NCBI GenBank assembly: GCA_041484665.1
Contig: JBGPIA010000003.1
Span: 160,001-224,000, forward strand
Length of the DNA stretch: 64,000 bases
Direction: 5' to 3'
Source of the DNA: Candidatus Krumholzibacteriia bacterium
GTDB taxonomy: Bacteria; Krumholzibacteriota; Krumholzibacteriia; JAJRXK01
The translations under genes and the position numbers were made by a program. Numbering within the stretch: the first letter of the stretch is position 1; each line of letters starts with the position of its first letter. This document shows positions 18,551 to 28,183 of this stretch, in pieces. Under the pieces are notes generated by a model. It was not told where the DNA came from. It searched no databases and worked only from the letters and a program-made list of their open reading frames with translations.

Positions 18551-19495
18551 CTACAGGAACTCCAGCCACTCGTGCCGGTCCTCCGCGCGCCCCTCCAGGA
18601 TGTCGAACAGCGCGCGCTGCAGGCGCTCGGTGACCGGGCCACGCTTGGCGTTGCCCACGGCGATGCGGTCGACGGTGCGGATCGGCGTAATCTCGGCGGC
18701 GGTGCCCGAGAAGAACGCCTCGTCGGCGCTATAGAGCATCTCGCGCGGCAGCACCGCCTCCTCCAGGCGCAGGCCCAGATCCGGCGCGAGGCGGAACACG
18801 CAGTCGCGGGTGATCCCGCCCAGGATCGAGGCTCCGAACGGCGGCGTGTAGATCGTGCCGTTGCGCACCACGAAGAGGTTCTCGCCGGTTCCCTCGCTCA
18901 GGTTGCCGTGCGAGTCCAGCATGACGGCCTCGGCAAAGCCGAGCAGCACGGCCTCCATCTTGGCCAGCGATGAGTTGACGTAGTTGCCCGTGATCTTGCC
19001 CATGGCCAGGTGGGTGTCGGGCGCCATGCGACGGTAGCTGCTGACGCACACGTCCACCCCGTCGGTCAGCGCCCCCTCGCCAAGGTACTTCCCCCACTCC
19101 CACACCGCGATGAACAGCCGCGTAGGATTGTTGAGCGGGTTGACGCCGGCGCGGCCCGTGCCGCGGTAGGCCAAAGGGCGCACGTAGCACGCCTTGAGCT
19201 TGTTCACCCCCACCGTCTCGCGGATGGCGTCCATCACCTGCTCGGGTGAGAAGGCGATCTCCATGCGCAGCATCTTGGCCGACTGGAACAGGCGCGTGAC
19301 GTGATCGCGCATGCGGAACATCGCTGAGCCCTTGGGGTGAGCATAGACGCGCGCGCCCTCGAAAACGCCGCTGCCGTAATGGATCACGTGGCTCATCACA
19401 TGGATCTTTGCGTCCTCCCATGCGACCAGCTCTCCGTCCATCCAAACGTACGAGGCTTTGGGTCCCGTGCTCTGGGTGCTCATGCGCCTGCTCAC
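18551..19495 (-). CDS. ilvE: Branched-chain amino acid aminotransferase
   Basis: 'HYGSGVFEG', 'YVRPL', 'KITGNYVNS', 'EGTGENLF', 'ILGGITR', '[14 protein letters not shown]'. Confidence 0.95.
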   Translation of the reverse strand: MSRRMSTQSTGPKASYVWMDGELVAWEDAKIHVMSHVIHYGSGVFEGARVYAHPKGSAMFRMRDHVTRLFQSAKMLRMEIAFSPEQVMDAIRETVGVNKLKACYVRPLAYRGTGRAGVNPLNNPTRLFIAVWEWGKYLGEGALTDGVDVCVSSYRRMAPDTHLAMGKITGNYVNSSLAKMEAVLLGFAEAVMLDSHGNLSEGTGENLFVVRNGTIYTPPFGASILGGITRDCVFRLAPDLGLRLEEAVLPREMLYSADEAFFSGTAAEITPIRTVDRIAVGNAKRGPVTERLQRALFDILEGRAEDRHEWLEFL

Positions 19496-20019
19496 GATCC
19501 TTTCTGGAGGCTGCCGTCCGAGGCGTTGGGGGCGCTCTGCGCGCGACGGGCGCGCTCGGCCAGCACCCGTTCCTTCACGCGCGGCACCGCGGCCCGGACG
19601 TACTCCTCGAGCTGGAAGTAGGCGCGCTCATACAGCGCGCGCGGCCCGCCGATCGGATCCTCGACGTCCTGCCCGCGCGCCACGCCGGAGAACTCCGCGA
19701 GCGTGAAGACCTTCTCGCCTAGGCCCGGCTGCAGATGGAGGAGCTCCTCCTTGTGCCGCCGCGTCATGGTCAACACCAGCGCGCTGCTCGCCATCAGCTC
19801 GGGCGTGACCGGACGGCTGCGATGCCCGCCGAGGTCCCCCCCCATCTCGTGCACGATGCTCTGCGCGTGAGGCGCGGCCGGCTGCCCGTCCGTCGCCCAC
19901 AGTCCGGCCGAGGACACCTCAACCTCCGGCCCCAGTGGGACCAGGTAGCGGCGCCCCAGGTCCGCGGCCATGGGGCTGCGGCAGGTGTTGCCCGTACACA
20001 CGAAAACGATGGAAAACAT
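19492..20019 (-). CDS. Low-molecular-weight protein phosphatase, YwlE-like (arginine phosphatase)
   Basis: P-loop 'FVCTGNTCRSPMA', 'SAG', 'LVLTMT..HK', 'DVEDPIGG'. Confidence 0.88.
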   Translation of the reverse strand: MFSIVFVCTGNTCRSPMAADLGRRYLVPLGPEVEVSSAGLWATDGQPAAPHAQSIVHEMGGDLGGHRSRPVTPELMASSALVLTMTRRHKEELLHLQPGLGEKVFTLAEFSGVARGQDVEDPIGGPRALYERAYFQLEEYVRAAVPRVKERVLAERARRAQSAPNASDGSLQKGS

Positions 20020-20075
20020 GACGGTTACGCCACTTCTCAGGATGCCGGCAACCGTAGCCGACGCTCGCCCCGAAG

Positions 20076-20669
20076 TCAAGGCGGCCCCTCCCCAGGAGGC
20101 CACGCGACGGCCCCGGCGCGGACAACGCGGCCGGGGCTGACGGTCAGGTCGACGATCGTGGAGGGCGGCCGCGCGGACCCGCCCCCCAGGTCGTACGCGC
20201 GCAGCAGCGGGAAGATGCCGCAGGCCGACGCCAGATCGCCCGCCGGCGACTGGCCTGGCCGGTTCGCGCTGGTGCTGAAGAGCGGGCCACCCGCCTCCCG
20301 GATCAGGGTGCGCAAGCTCTCGTGCGCCGGGACGCGCACGGCGATGGAGCGCCGCTCATGCACCCACGCGGCGGGTGCCTCTGCGGTGGGACACAACAGC
20401 GCGGTGAGCGGCCCAGGCCACACGCGCAGCAGCCGATCCCGGTCCAGCGGCGAGGCAGTCCTGCCGCAGGCCAGGACCTGCGCTGCATCGGCGAACAACA
20501 GCAAGAAGGGCCGCGCCCCCGAGGTCCCTTTGGTCGCACGCAATTCATCCGCCGCGCCGGGACGCGTCGCCAGCGCGTGGAGCCCGGGGACAGTGTCCGT
20601 GGTGAGCAGGACGATTTCCCCCGCCCGCAGCGCCGCGGCCGCGGTCACGCTCGCCCTGGCCGCGGTCAC
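20076..20669 (-). CDS. tsaC: L-threonylcarbamoyladenylate synthase (TsaC/Sua5/YrdC)
   Basis: 'TDTVPGL', 'WPGPLT', 'IAVRVP', 'PLFSTSAN', 'PSTIVD'. Confidence 0.85.
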   Translation of the reverse strand: MTAARASVTAAAALRAGEIVLLTTDTVPGLHALATRPGAADELRATKGTSGARPFLLLFADAAQVLACGRTASPLDRDRLLRVWPGPLTALLCPTAEAPAAWVHERRSIAVRVPAHESLRTLIREAGGPLFSTSANRPGQSPAGDLASACGIFPLLRAYDLGGGSARPPSTIVDLTVSPGRVVRAGAVAWPPGEGPP

Positions 20670-21145
20670 CGGCCCCCCGCGGCGAGCCCCGCGCGATACT
20701 CGCGCAGACGGCGGGCGATCTGGGCATTGGCCAACCCCAGGATCTGCCCGGCGAGCACCGCGGCGTTCTTCGCCCCGGCAGTGCCGACGGCGAGTGCGGC
20801 GACCGGCACCCCGACGGGCATCTGCACCACGCAGAGCAGAGCGTCCAGCCCGTCGAGCAGCCCGCCCTTCAGCGGCACGCCGAGCACGGGGAGCGCGGTG
20901 AGCGACGCCACGACGCCGGGCAGCTGCGCCGCCATCCCGGCCATGCAGACGAAGACCTGCGTGCCGCGGGCCTCGGCGTCGGCGACGTAGGCGCGCAATG
21001 CGTCGGGCTGGCGATGCGCGCTCAGCACGCGGCGCTCGTGGGCAATGCCGAGGGTGCCCAGCAGCTCCGCGCAGGCGTCGACCGCCGCGTCATCGGAGGC
21101 GCTCCCCGAGAGGATGGCGACAAGGGGTGTCGTGGAGCTCGTCAC
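20666..21145 (-). CDS. purE: N5-CAIR mutase
   Basis: 'GSASD', 'SAHR.P', 'AGMAAQLPG', 'PVLGVP', 'VQMP.GVPVA'. Confidence 0.95.
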   Translation of the reverse strand: MTSSTTPLVAILSGSASDDAAVDACAELLGTLGIAHERRVLSAHRQPDALRAYVADAEARGTQVFVCMAGMAAQLPGVVASLTALPVLGVPLKGGLLDGLDALLCVVQMPVGVPVAALAVGTAGAKNAAVLAGQILGLANAQIARRLREYRAGLAAGGR

Positions 21146-22476
21146 GGGCGATCCTCCTCTTCGTGGTCTGGATCCTCATTGCCGGGGATGCCCTCATCCC
21201 CGGAGAGGTTCTCGTCCTGCGCAATCTCCTCGTCTCGGGCAATGTCGTGGCGCATCTGCATCCCCTCGAAGCGGATGTGCTCTGCGGCGGACCGGGCACG
21301 GCGCCGGGCGGCGGGCACGTTCGCCGCCGTGCCGACCACGCACAACACGCGCCCCCCCGCGGTCACGCATCGGCCGCCGTCTTGGCGCGTACCAGCGTGG
21401 AAGACCAGCGCCTGCGCCGCAGCCTGCTCGATCCCCGTGATCGGCCGCCCCTTCACCGGCGAAGCCGGATAGCCCTCGGCGGCGAGCACGACGCAGACGG
21501 CGGCCCCGCGGCTGCGCAGCTCGCCCTGCGCCGGCAGCTCGCCGCGGGCGGCCCCCCACAAGAGCGGCAGCAGATCGAAGTCGAGCGTGGGCAGGACGGC
21601 CTGGGTCTCGGGATCGCCGAAGCGGCAGTTGTACTCCAGGACCTGCGGGCCGCGCGCGGTGAGCATGAGCCCGACGTAGAGCAGGCCGCGGTAGTCCAAG
21701 CTCCGGCGGCGCAGCTCGGCCAGCGTCGGCTCGAGCACCTCGGCCACCACCTTGCCCATGAGCTGCGGGGTGGCGTCGGACACAGGCGCATAGGCGCCCA
21801 TTCCGCCGGTGTTAGGCCCGCGGTCTCCGTCCTCCAGGCGTTTGTGGTCGCGGCTGGGCAAAAGCCAACAGCAGCGCTCCCCGTCCAGCAACGCGAACAC
21901 CGACAGCTCGCGCCCGCACAGACGCTCCTCGATCAGGATCGTGCGGCCGGCGTCGCCGAAGGCGCGCTCCTGCAGCGACTCGCGCACCGCCGCACGCGCC
22001 TGCGCCGGATCGTCGCAGACCGTCACGCCCTTGCCCGCCGCCAAGCCGGTGGCCTTGACCACGCACGGCGCGTCCAGCCCATCGACGTGACGCAGGGCCT
22101 GCTGCAAATCGTCGAAGGCGCGCGCTTGCGCGGTCGGCACGCCCGCAGCGCGCATGAACTCCTTGGCAAAGGCCTTGTCGCCCTCCAGCCGCGCCGCGGC
22201 GGCGCCGGGTCCGAACACCGCGCAGCCGCGGGCCCGCAACCGGTCCGCCAGCCCGCCCGCCAACGGGCCCTCGGGTCCGACCACGACCAGGTCGATGTGA
22301 TGCTCGGCGATGAGCGAGGTCCAGCCGGCCTCGTCGGCGACGGGGATCACGGTGGCCACGTCGCGCATGCCATCGTTGCCGGGCGCAACGTAGACTGCCG
22401 TTGCCAACGGGCTGTGAGCGAGCTTCCACGCCAGGGCGTGCTCGCGGCCACCGCTGCCTATGACGAGGAGCCGCAT
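21142..22476 (-). CDS. purD: Phosphoribosylamine--glycine ligase
   Basis: 'GSGGREHAL', 'VGPEGPL', 'GLAAGKGV', 'GPNTGGMGAY', 'EYNCRFGDPETQ', 'TAGGRVL'. Confidence 0.97.
   Translation of the reverse strand: MRLLVIGSGGREHALAWKLAHSPLATAVYVAPGNDGMRDVATVIPVADEAGWTSLIAEHHIDLVVVGPEGPLAGGLADRLRARGCAVFGPGAAAARLEGDKAFAKEFMRAAGVPTAQARAFDDLQQALRHVDGLDAPCVVKATGLAAGKGVTVCDDPAQARAAVRESLQERAFGDAGRTILIEERLCGRELSVFALLDGERCCWLLPSRDHKRLEDGDRGPNTGGMGAYAPVSDATPQLMGKVVAEVLEPTLAELRRRSLDYRGLLYVGLMLTARGPQVLEYNCRFGDPETQAVLPTLDFDLLPLLWGAARGELPAQGELRSRGAAVCVVLAAEGYPASPVKGRPITGIEQAAAQALVFHAGTRQDGGRCVTAGGRVLCVVGTAANVPAARRRARSAAEHIRFEGMQMRHDIARDEEIAQDENLSGDEGIPGNEDPDHEEEDRP
21157..21246 (-). repeat. Five degenerate 18-bp in-frame tandem units at the purD 3' end
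   Basis: Encode DIARDE/EIAQDE/NLSGDE/GIPGNE/DPDHEE. Confidence 0.65.
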
Positions 22477-22491
22477 CGCCGCGCGCGATCC

Positions 22492-23664
22492 CTAGCGGCG
22501 ACGCACGGAGTCGACGCACGCGCCCAAGCGCGTCAGGCCTTCCTTGAGGTTCTCGCGGCTGTTGGCGTAGCTGAGCCGCAGATAGCCCTCGCCGAAGCGG
22601 CCGAACGACGTCCCGGCCAGCCCGGCGACGCCGAACTCGTCGAGCAGGAGCCGCGCGAACTGATCGGCGGGCATCCCCAGCGCCTTGATGCTGGGAAATA
22701 CGTAGAACGCGCCGCCCGGCGTCGTGCAGGTCAAGCCGGGGATGCGGTTGAGCCCCTCCACGACCAGATCGCGCCGCGCGCGGAACTCTTCCACCATGCC
22801 CCGGGCCCCGCTCTGATCTCCGCACAAAGCCTCCACACCCGCGAGCTGGGTGAAGCTCGCCGTGCAGCTGTTGCAATTGGTCTGCAGGCGAGCGATGGCG
22901 GGCGCCAGCGACTCGGGCATCACGCCAAAGCCCAGCCGCCAGCCGGTCATGGCATAGGTCTTGGAGTGGCCGTCGAGCACGATCGTGCGCTCGGCCATCC
23001 CGTCGAGCTCCAGGATCGTGTGGTGCTTCTGGCCGTAGATGATCCGGCTGTAAATCTCGTCGGCCAGCACCCAGCAGTCGTGCGTGCGCGCCACCTCCGC
23101 GACCACCTTCAGGTCCTCCAGCGTAAGGACGCTCCCGGTGGGATTGCCCGGCGAGTTGAAGATGATGAGCTTGGTGCGGTTGGTGACCAGCTGGCGCAGC
23201 TCGCTGTGGTCGACGCCAAAGCCATTTTCCTCGCGCAAGGGCAGCGGCACGGGCTTGGCTCCCACGAAGTTGATCATCGACTCGTAGATGGGGAATCCCG
23301 GGTTGGGGTAGACGACCTCATCCCCCTCGTCCACCAGAGCCGTGATCACGTAGTACATGATGGGTTTGGCGCCCGGAGTGATGACGATCTGCTCGGGCTT
23401 GACCGCCAGGCCGCGGTCCTTGCTGAACGCCTCCGCAAACCGGGCCCGCGCCTGCGGCAGCCCCGCGGCGGGCCCGTAGTGCGTCGCACCGCCGCGCAGC
23501 GCCGCGATGCCGGCATCGATGATGTTGCGTGGGGTGTCGAAGTCGGGCTCCCCGATCTCCAGGTGGATGACCGAGCGGCCCTGGGCCTCCAGCGCTTTCG
23601 CCCTCGCCAGCACCTCGAAGGCGGTCTCGGTGCCCAAACGACCCATCCGGCTCGCAAGCTGCAT
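22492..23664 (-). CDS. PLP-dependent class I/II aminotransferase (aspartate aminotransferase-like)
   Basis: 'IGEPDF', 'TPGAKP', 'NSPGNPTG', 'DEIY', 'GHSKTYAMTGWRLG', 'GAFYVFP', 'LRLSYA'. Confidence 0.95.
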   Translation of the reverse strand: MQLASRMGRLGTETAFEVLARAKALEAQGRSVIHLEIGEPDFDTPRNIIDAGIAALRGGATHYGPAAGLPQARARFAEAFSKDRGLAVKPEQIVITPGAKPIMYYVITALVDEGDEVVYPNPGFPIYESMINFVGAKPVPLPLREENGFGVDHSELRQLVTNRTKLIIFNSPGNPTGSVLTLEDLKVVAEVARTHDCWVLADEIYSRIIYGQKHHTILELDGMAERTIVLDGHSKTYAMTGWRLGFGVMPESLAPAIARLQTNCNSCTASFTQLAGVEALCGDQSGARGMVEEFRARRDLVVEGLNRIPGLTCTTPGGAFYVFPSIKALGMPADQFARLLLDEFGVAGLAGTSFGRFGEGYLRLSYANSRENLKEGLTRLGACVDSVRRR

Positions 23665-23854
23665 CGGCACGGCGCTGCCTCCCCGCTGGGGTAATCGTCG
23701 CGGCTCGTCCTGCCAATCTAGGCTGGCGCGGCGGCGATTTCCAGAAACAAGGGAGCGCGCCGGGACGGCGCCCAGGCATCTCCGCATGGCGCTCGGAGCG
23801 CGCCGGGACGGCGCACGGGAACGGCCGCGCGCCGCTTGCCGCCCGGAGGTGCCG

Positions 23855-25504
23855 CTAGGGACGCGCCGGGGCCTGACCGAGGCGCTGCCGCAGTGCGTCG
23901 GCCATCCCCGGGTCGCCCGTCTGCAGGGCGCGCTCCCAGAGTGCACGCGCTCGGGTCCCGTCCCCCCGGCGCAGCGCCAGATCGCCGAGCTGGGCCAGCG
24001 CCCAGGCATCGCGCGCGTCCAATCCGACGAGGTGCTGGAGCACGGCCTCCGCTTGCGCATCGTGGCCCAAGCCCAGCTCAGCCTCGGCCAGCAGCCGTAG
24101 GACGCGCGGGTCGTCGGGCCGCAACGCGGCCGCGTGGGTGAAGGACTCGCGTGCCTCATCGGCCCGACCGAGCTGGAGCAGGCACCAGCCGAGGTTTGCC
24201 AGCGACTCCAGATGGTTCGCGCGAAGCACCAGCGCCTGCTGGAAGGAGCTGGCGGCCGCCTGGTACTCGCCCCGCTGCATGTGCACGACGCCCTGGTTGT
24301 AGAAGGGCATCATCCGCGCGGAGGCCTGCACGCCCGCCGGCCTGTAGAGGTTGAGCGCGACGGCCAGAAGCGCCGCTGCGGCCGCAGGGAGCGCCGCACG
24401 TGCGCGGCGCCTCGCGCGCGCCAGCTCCACGATGCGCGTCACCCCCGCCCCTGCCAGCAGCGCGAGCAGTCCGAAGCAGGGCAACCGGTAGCGCGCCGTG
24501 ATGAAGAACGGCAGGACCGAGAGCAGGCATGCGGCGAGCAGCCCGGCCAGCAGCCGCGCGTGGCGATTGGACCACGCCACGACGATCCCGCAGAGGCCCA
24601 GCGCCGCCACCCACCCGAAGCGCACCGGGTTGGCGCCCAGCAGCGCGGACTCCGTCCGCGCCTGGTCGAAGTTCTCGAGCTGAGGTGTCTCGTAGTCGCT
24701 CCAGAAGAGCACGAGCTTGCGCAGGACGAGCGCCAGCGTTCGGGCGGGATACGCGAGGTTCCAGCGCAGCCCCCGCTCCAGCCAGAAGCGCGAAGCTTGT
24801 GCAGGCGTGAGCGCGCGGCCGGCGGTGCGCTCGGCCAGCGCGCGGCTGCCGCCGTCCTGGTCGGCGCCCGGCTGGAAGAACTCGATTCCGGCGGGCGCCA
24901 CGAACGCTCCGGTCGCCAGGTCGTTGTTGCCGATGTAGTAGTTGATGCCTCCGTTGGTGGTGAGCGGCACGAAGCCTCCACCCGCGCGCAGGTTGTGCAG
25001 CGTGACGGGTGCGATCACGACCAGGCAGCCCGCGGCGATCAGCGTCGCGCACAGCGCGAGCACCACGCACAGCAGCAGCGGCTCCGTCGCGAGCTGCGTC
25101 TCCAAGAAGGTTCCGTACCCGTAGAGCGCGAGCAGCAGCCCCGCCACGGCGCCCGCGGTCACTCCGAACGCCCGCCGCCCCACCGTGAACGCCAGGGAAC
25201 ACGCCATCGCGCCGAGCGCTGCCTGCGTCAGTCGTGCGTGCGCCGCGCTGGGCCCGAGCGCCGCGTGGGTCAGTCCGAGCAGGTGGGGATACAGCGGTCC
25301 CATGAAGTAGGGCCCGGCAAGGTCGCCCCCGCCGGCCGCGAGGCGGCTGCCCCACTCGTGATAGAAACGCGAGTCCAGACCGAGCAGTTGCAGATCCGGA
25401 TGCCCGCGCAGGCTGTGGTCCAGAACCAGCCGGTAGCCCAATGCGACCGCGGCGGCCGGCCAGGCGCGCGCGAAGCCGCGCGAAACTCTAGAAGAGCGAA
25501 CCAT
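23855..25504 (-). CDS. GT-C (GT39-like) membrane glycosyltransferase with C-terminal TPR repeats
   Basis: 'LDSRFYH', 'YFMGPLYP', 'GGINYYIGNN..ATG', 'FFITARYRLP', then TPRs 'YNQGV..QRGEY..A...FQQAL'. Start uncertain. Confidence 0.8.
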   Translation of the reverse strand: MVRSSRVSRGFARAWPAAAVALGYRLVLDHSLRGHPDLQLLGLDSRFYHEWGSRLAAGGGDLAGPYFMGPLYPHLLGLTHAALGPSAAHARLTQAALGAMACSLAFTVGRRAFGVTAGAVAGLLLALYGYGTFLETQLATEPLLLCVVLALCATLIAAGCLVVIAPVTLHNLRAGGGFVPLTTNGGINYYIGNNDLATGAFVAPAGIEFFQPGADQDGGSRALAERTAGRALTPAQASRFWLERGLRWNLAYPARTLALVLRKLVLFWSDYETPQLENFDQARTESALLGANPVRFGWVAALGLCGIVVAWSNRHARLLAGLLAACLLSVLPFFITARYRLPCFGLLALLAGAGVTRIVELARARRRARAALPAAAAALLAVALNLYRPAGVQASARMMPFYNQGVVHMQRGEYQAAASSFQQALVLRANHLESLANLGWCLLQLGRADEARESFTHAAALRPDDPRVLRLLAEAELGLGHDAQAEAVLQHLVGLDARDAWALAQLGDLALRRGDGTRARALWERALQTGDPGMADALRQRLGQAPARP

Positions 25505-25911
25505 CGTCCGGGCGACGGAAGGGCCTCCCCGGGCCGTGGGGAGAGCGGGCATGCACGGGGGGGGCGGGCCTCGCCCCGCCAACGAGCCACCCTAGCACGC
25601 GCCCACACCCGAGCCCAGCGCGGGATGCCGCCCGACCCACCCCGTGCCGACGGTAGATCCGGCGAGTGGTCATCCCTCGCGCGGACGGGCGGGTGACCTC
25701 CTCGTCGAATCCCGGTGACCGCTGCCAAGCCGCGGTTTGCCCTTCGGGAGCTCGCCGAGGAATCTGTCGACATCGTACCTAGCGCTCCTCCAGGATCTGG
25801 ATCGAACTGACAGCCACCTCCCCGGAAAAGGCACGGTCCCCGGACGGGTGGCGGTCATCTTCCCTCTCGGATCAGCTCGGGGCCGGGAAACGGCTCCGAC
25901 CAGACCCCACG

Positions 25912-28125
25912 ATGGAACTCCACGACCCATTCGCCCGCCACGTTGGCCAGACCATCTTCCTGCTCGTGGTCGCGCTCGGCCCCATCCCGCTGTGCTTGCG
26001 GATGCTTCACGCGTTCCGCCGTGACATCGAACCGGCGGACTTTGGCCACGCGCACATCACCCTGTTCCTGTGCTGGTATACGTTGCAGACGACCCTGGCG
26101 CTCCTCCTGGGACTGCTGCATCAGTTCCAGCTGCGGGCGGTGCTTCTTGCAGAAGGACTCCTGCTGGTGGCTGGAGTGGTTTCGCTCGTCATCCTGGGTC
26201 GCAGCGCGAAGCGCGCATCCCTGACTCCCCTGCTCTGGCCGAAGCAGCCTTCCATTCCCCAGGCCACGTTGCTCGTGCTGTTCTTCTTCGTCACGTGCCT
26301 TTCCCTCTGGGGCATCTTGTCGAAACCCACCCACAACTTCGACTCACTGGCCTACCATCTGCCGGTGATGGCGCAGTGGGTGCGCACCATGAAGCTCACT
26401 GTCCTCTCCGACCTACACCAGCTCGCTCGCTACCCGTTCAATATGGAGTTGGTCTCTGCCCTCGTGGCAATTCCCTTCGGCGACGACCTGCTCGTCGCGC
26501 TCCCCAATCTCCTTGCCTGGATCGCTCTCGGTCTGGCTGTAACCTTGCTCGGTCGACAGATGGGTGCTTCGAGCCTTCAGTCGCTGGCCGCCGCGCTGCT
26601 CGTTCTCACCACACGCAGCATGCTCTCACGCATCAATGCCGTTCAACCGGACATCACAGTTGCGGCGTTCTTCCTGGCTGGCTTGTACTTTGGTCTTCGC
26701 TTCGCCCAGAGAGAGTCGGAACTCGACCTTGCCATGCTCCTCTGTTCACTTGCGCAGCTCGCAGGCTTGAAGATGTCGTGCCTGCCCTACGTGGTCCTGC
26801 TCCTCGCAGCTGTGCTGGCGGCGCGCTGTCTCAACGCAAGAGAGGCTGGACGTCGCTGGCAAGACTCATTGCGGGTCAGCAGTCCGGCGCTGAGGACCGG
26901 CCTCCTGGTGCTCGCGGTTGCGTTTCTCCCCGCCATCTACTGGTATGGTCGTAATCTCCTGGATCTCGGAAACCCCTTGGGCTTCATCGAGCTCAAAGTG
27001 GGGCGCACTCAGATCTTCGCGGGCGACGTAACGCAGGAGTTCTGGAAAAGGACCGCGTTGGCCTCCGTGTTCGACGCGGCTCGCCTCCACGACTGGAGGA
27101 TCCTCACCGAAGTCATCTTGAAGTTCTTGGGGTTGCGCTTCGTGCTCATGCTCTTTCTGGGGCTGGCGGCCTTGGTGGGAACGGTGCGCGGATCCCTACG
27201 AGCCCCCAAGCGCTCCGCGATCGTTCTCTTCGCGCTGGTGATGCTCACTGCGATTGTCTATTGGCATTCCCCCTACAGCGGTGACAACGGAACGCACGAT
27301 TGGAAGCTCACTCCCTGGTTCGAGGTGGGCCTGCGCTACGGATATGTCTGCCTCGGAGTTCTTGGTGTGACTGCGGCCATGGGCCTGAGGGTGGTGGGCC
27401 TGCAGGATCCCTGGGTGGTGGGGCTATCAACCCTGAGTTGTCTACTTGGCGTGATGGTTGGCCTGAAGCCAGGAGCGCCGGCTTCGATCGCTGCGCTGGG
27501 TCTTGCGCTCGTCCTCGTACTTGCCCAGCGCAGGATCCGTCTGCCCGTGGCGCCGCGCGCGCTCATCAGCACAGGAGTCGCTCTTGCGTTCGTGATCTTC
27601 CTGGGTGTCTCGTGGCGTGCGAGGGCAGCTCGTGAGGTCGAGCGCAATCGCTTCTATGGACCGCTCTATTCCTTCATGGAAGCCCAGGTGGAGCCCACCG
27701 CGACCGTGGGGTACGTGAACATGGTGGCGATCTATCCTCTGGTGGGCAGGGCATGGACGCGCGATCTGGTTGCGGCAGAGCCTTCGACGGACAGCTACGA
27801 GGAGTGGGTCCGGTGCTTGAAGGCGAAGGGGATCAGTGTCGTCGTCGTGGGGCAGGGGCCGGCTGCGGTCGACGCCTTGGCCGTTGAGCGTGTGCAGCGG
27901 TGGCTGCTCGGCGAACCGCCTGAGTTCGAGCTGCTCCAGCGTACCCAGTACCAAGGCGAAGGTGTCTCCCTGTATCGGCTGAGGAGGCTTGACGGATCGG
28001 CGCAGGGTGTTCCCTCCCAGCAGCCTTGCGCCCAGCGCACTCGACCGGTTGCTTCGGGATGGGTCCGTGGAATCCCCACGGGGCAGCACGACGCCGAAGA
28101 TCGCGCTCCCAGTGTGAAGGTCTGA
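25912..28125 (+). CDS. Polytopic membrane protein, putative GT-C glycosyltransferase
   Basis: Many TM segments, loop motif 'NFDSLAYHLP', 'YPFNMEL', 'WYGRN...GNPL'. Lower GC and opposite strand to its neighbours. Confidence 0.75.
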   Translation: MELHDPFARHVGQTIFLLVVALGPIPLCLRMLHAFRRDIEPADFGHAHITLFLCWYTLQTTLALLLGLLHQFQLRAVLLAEGLLLVAGVVSLVILGRSAKRASLTPLLWPKQPSIPQATLLVLFFFVTCLSLWGILSKPTHNFDSLAYHLPVMAQWVRTMKLTVLSDLHQLARYPFNMELVSALVAIPFGDDLLVALPNLLAWIALGLAVTLLGRQMGASSLQSLAAALLVLTTRSMLSRINAVQPDITVAAFFLAGLYFGLRFAQRESELDLAMLLCSLAQLAGLKMSCLPYVVLLLAAVLAARCLNAREAGRRWQDSLRVSSPALRTGLLVLAVAFLPAIYWYGRNLLDLGNPLGFIELKVGRTQIFAGDVTQEFWKRTALASVFDAARLHDWRILTEVILKFLGLRFVLMLFLGLAALVGTVRGSLRAPKRSAIVLFALVMLTAIVYWHSPYSGDNGTHDWKLTPWFEVGLRYGYVCLGVLGVTAAMGLRVVGLQDPWVVGLSTLSCLLGVMVGLKPGAPASIAALGLALVLVLAQRRIRLPVAPRALISTGVALAFVIFLGVSWRARAAREVERNRFYGPLYSFMEAQVEPTATVGYVNMVAIYPLVGRAWTRDLVAAEPSTDSYEEWVRCLKAKGISVVVVGQGPAAVDALAVERVQRWLLGEPPEFELLQRTQYQGEGVSLYRLRRLDGSAQGVPSQQPCAQRTRPVASGWVRGIPTGQHDAEDRAPSVKV

Positions 28126-28183
28126 CCCACCGCACCACGCGCCCGCGCGCGGCCGCGGCGCGCTGTGGCCATGCACCGCTGCT

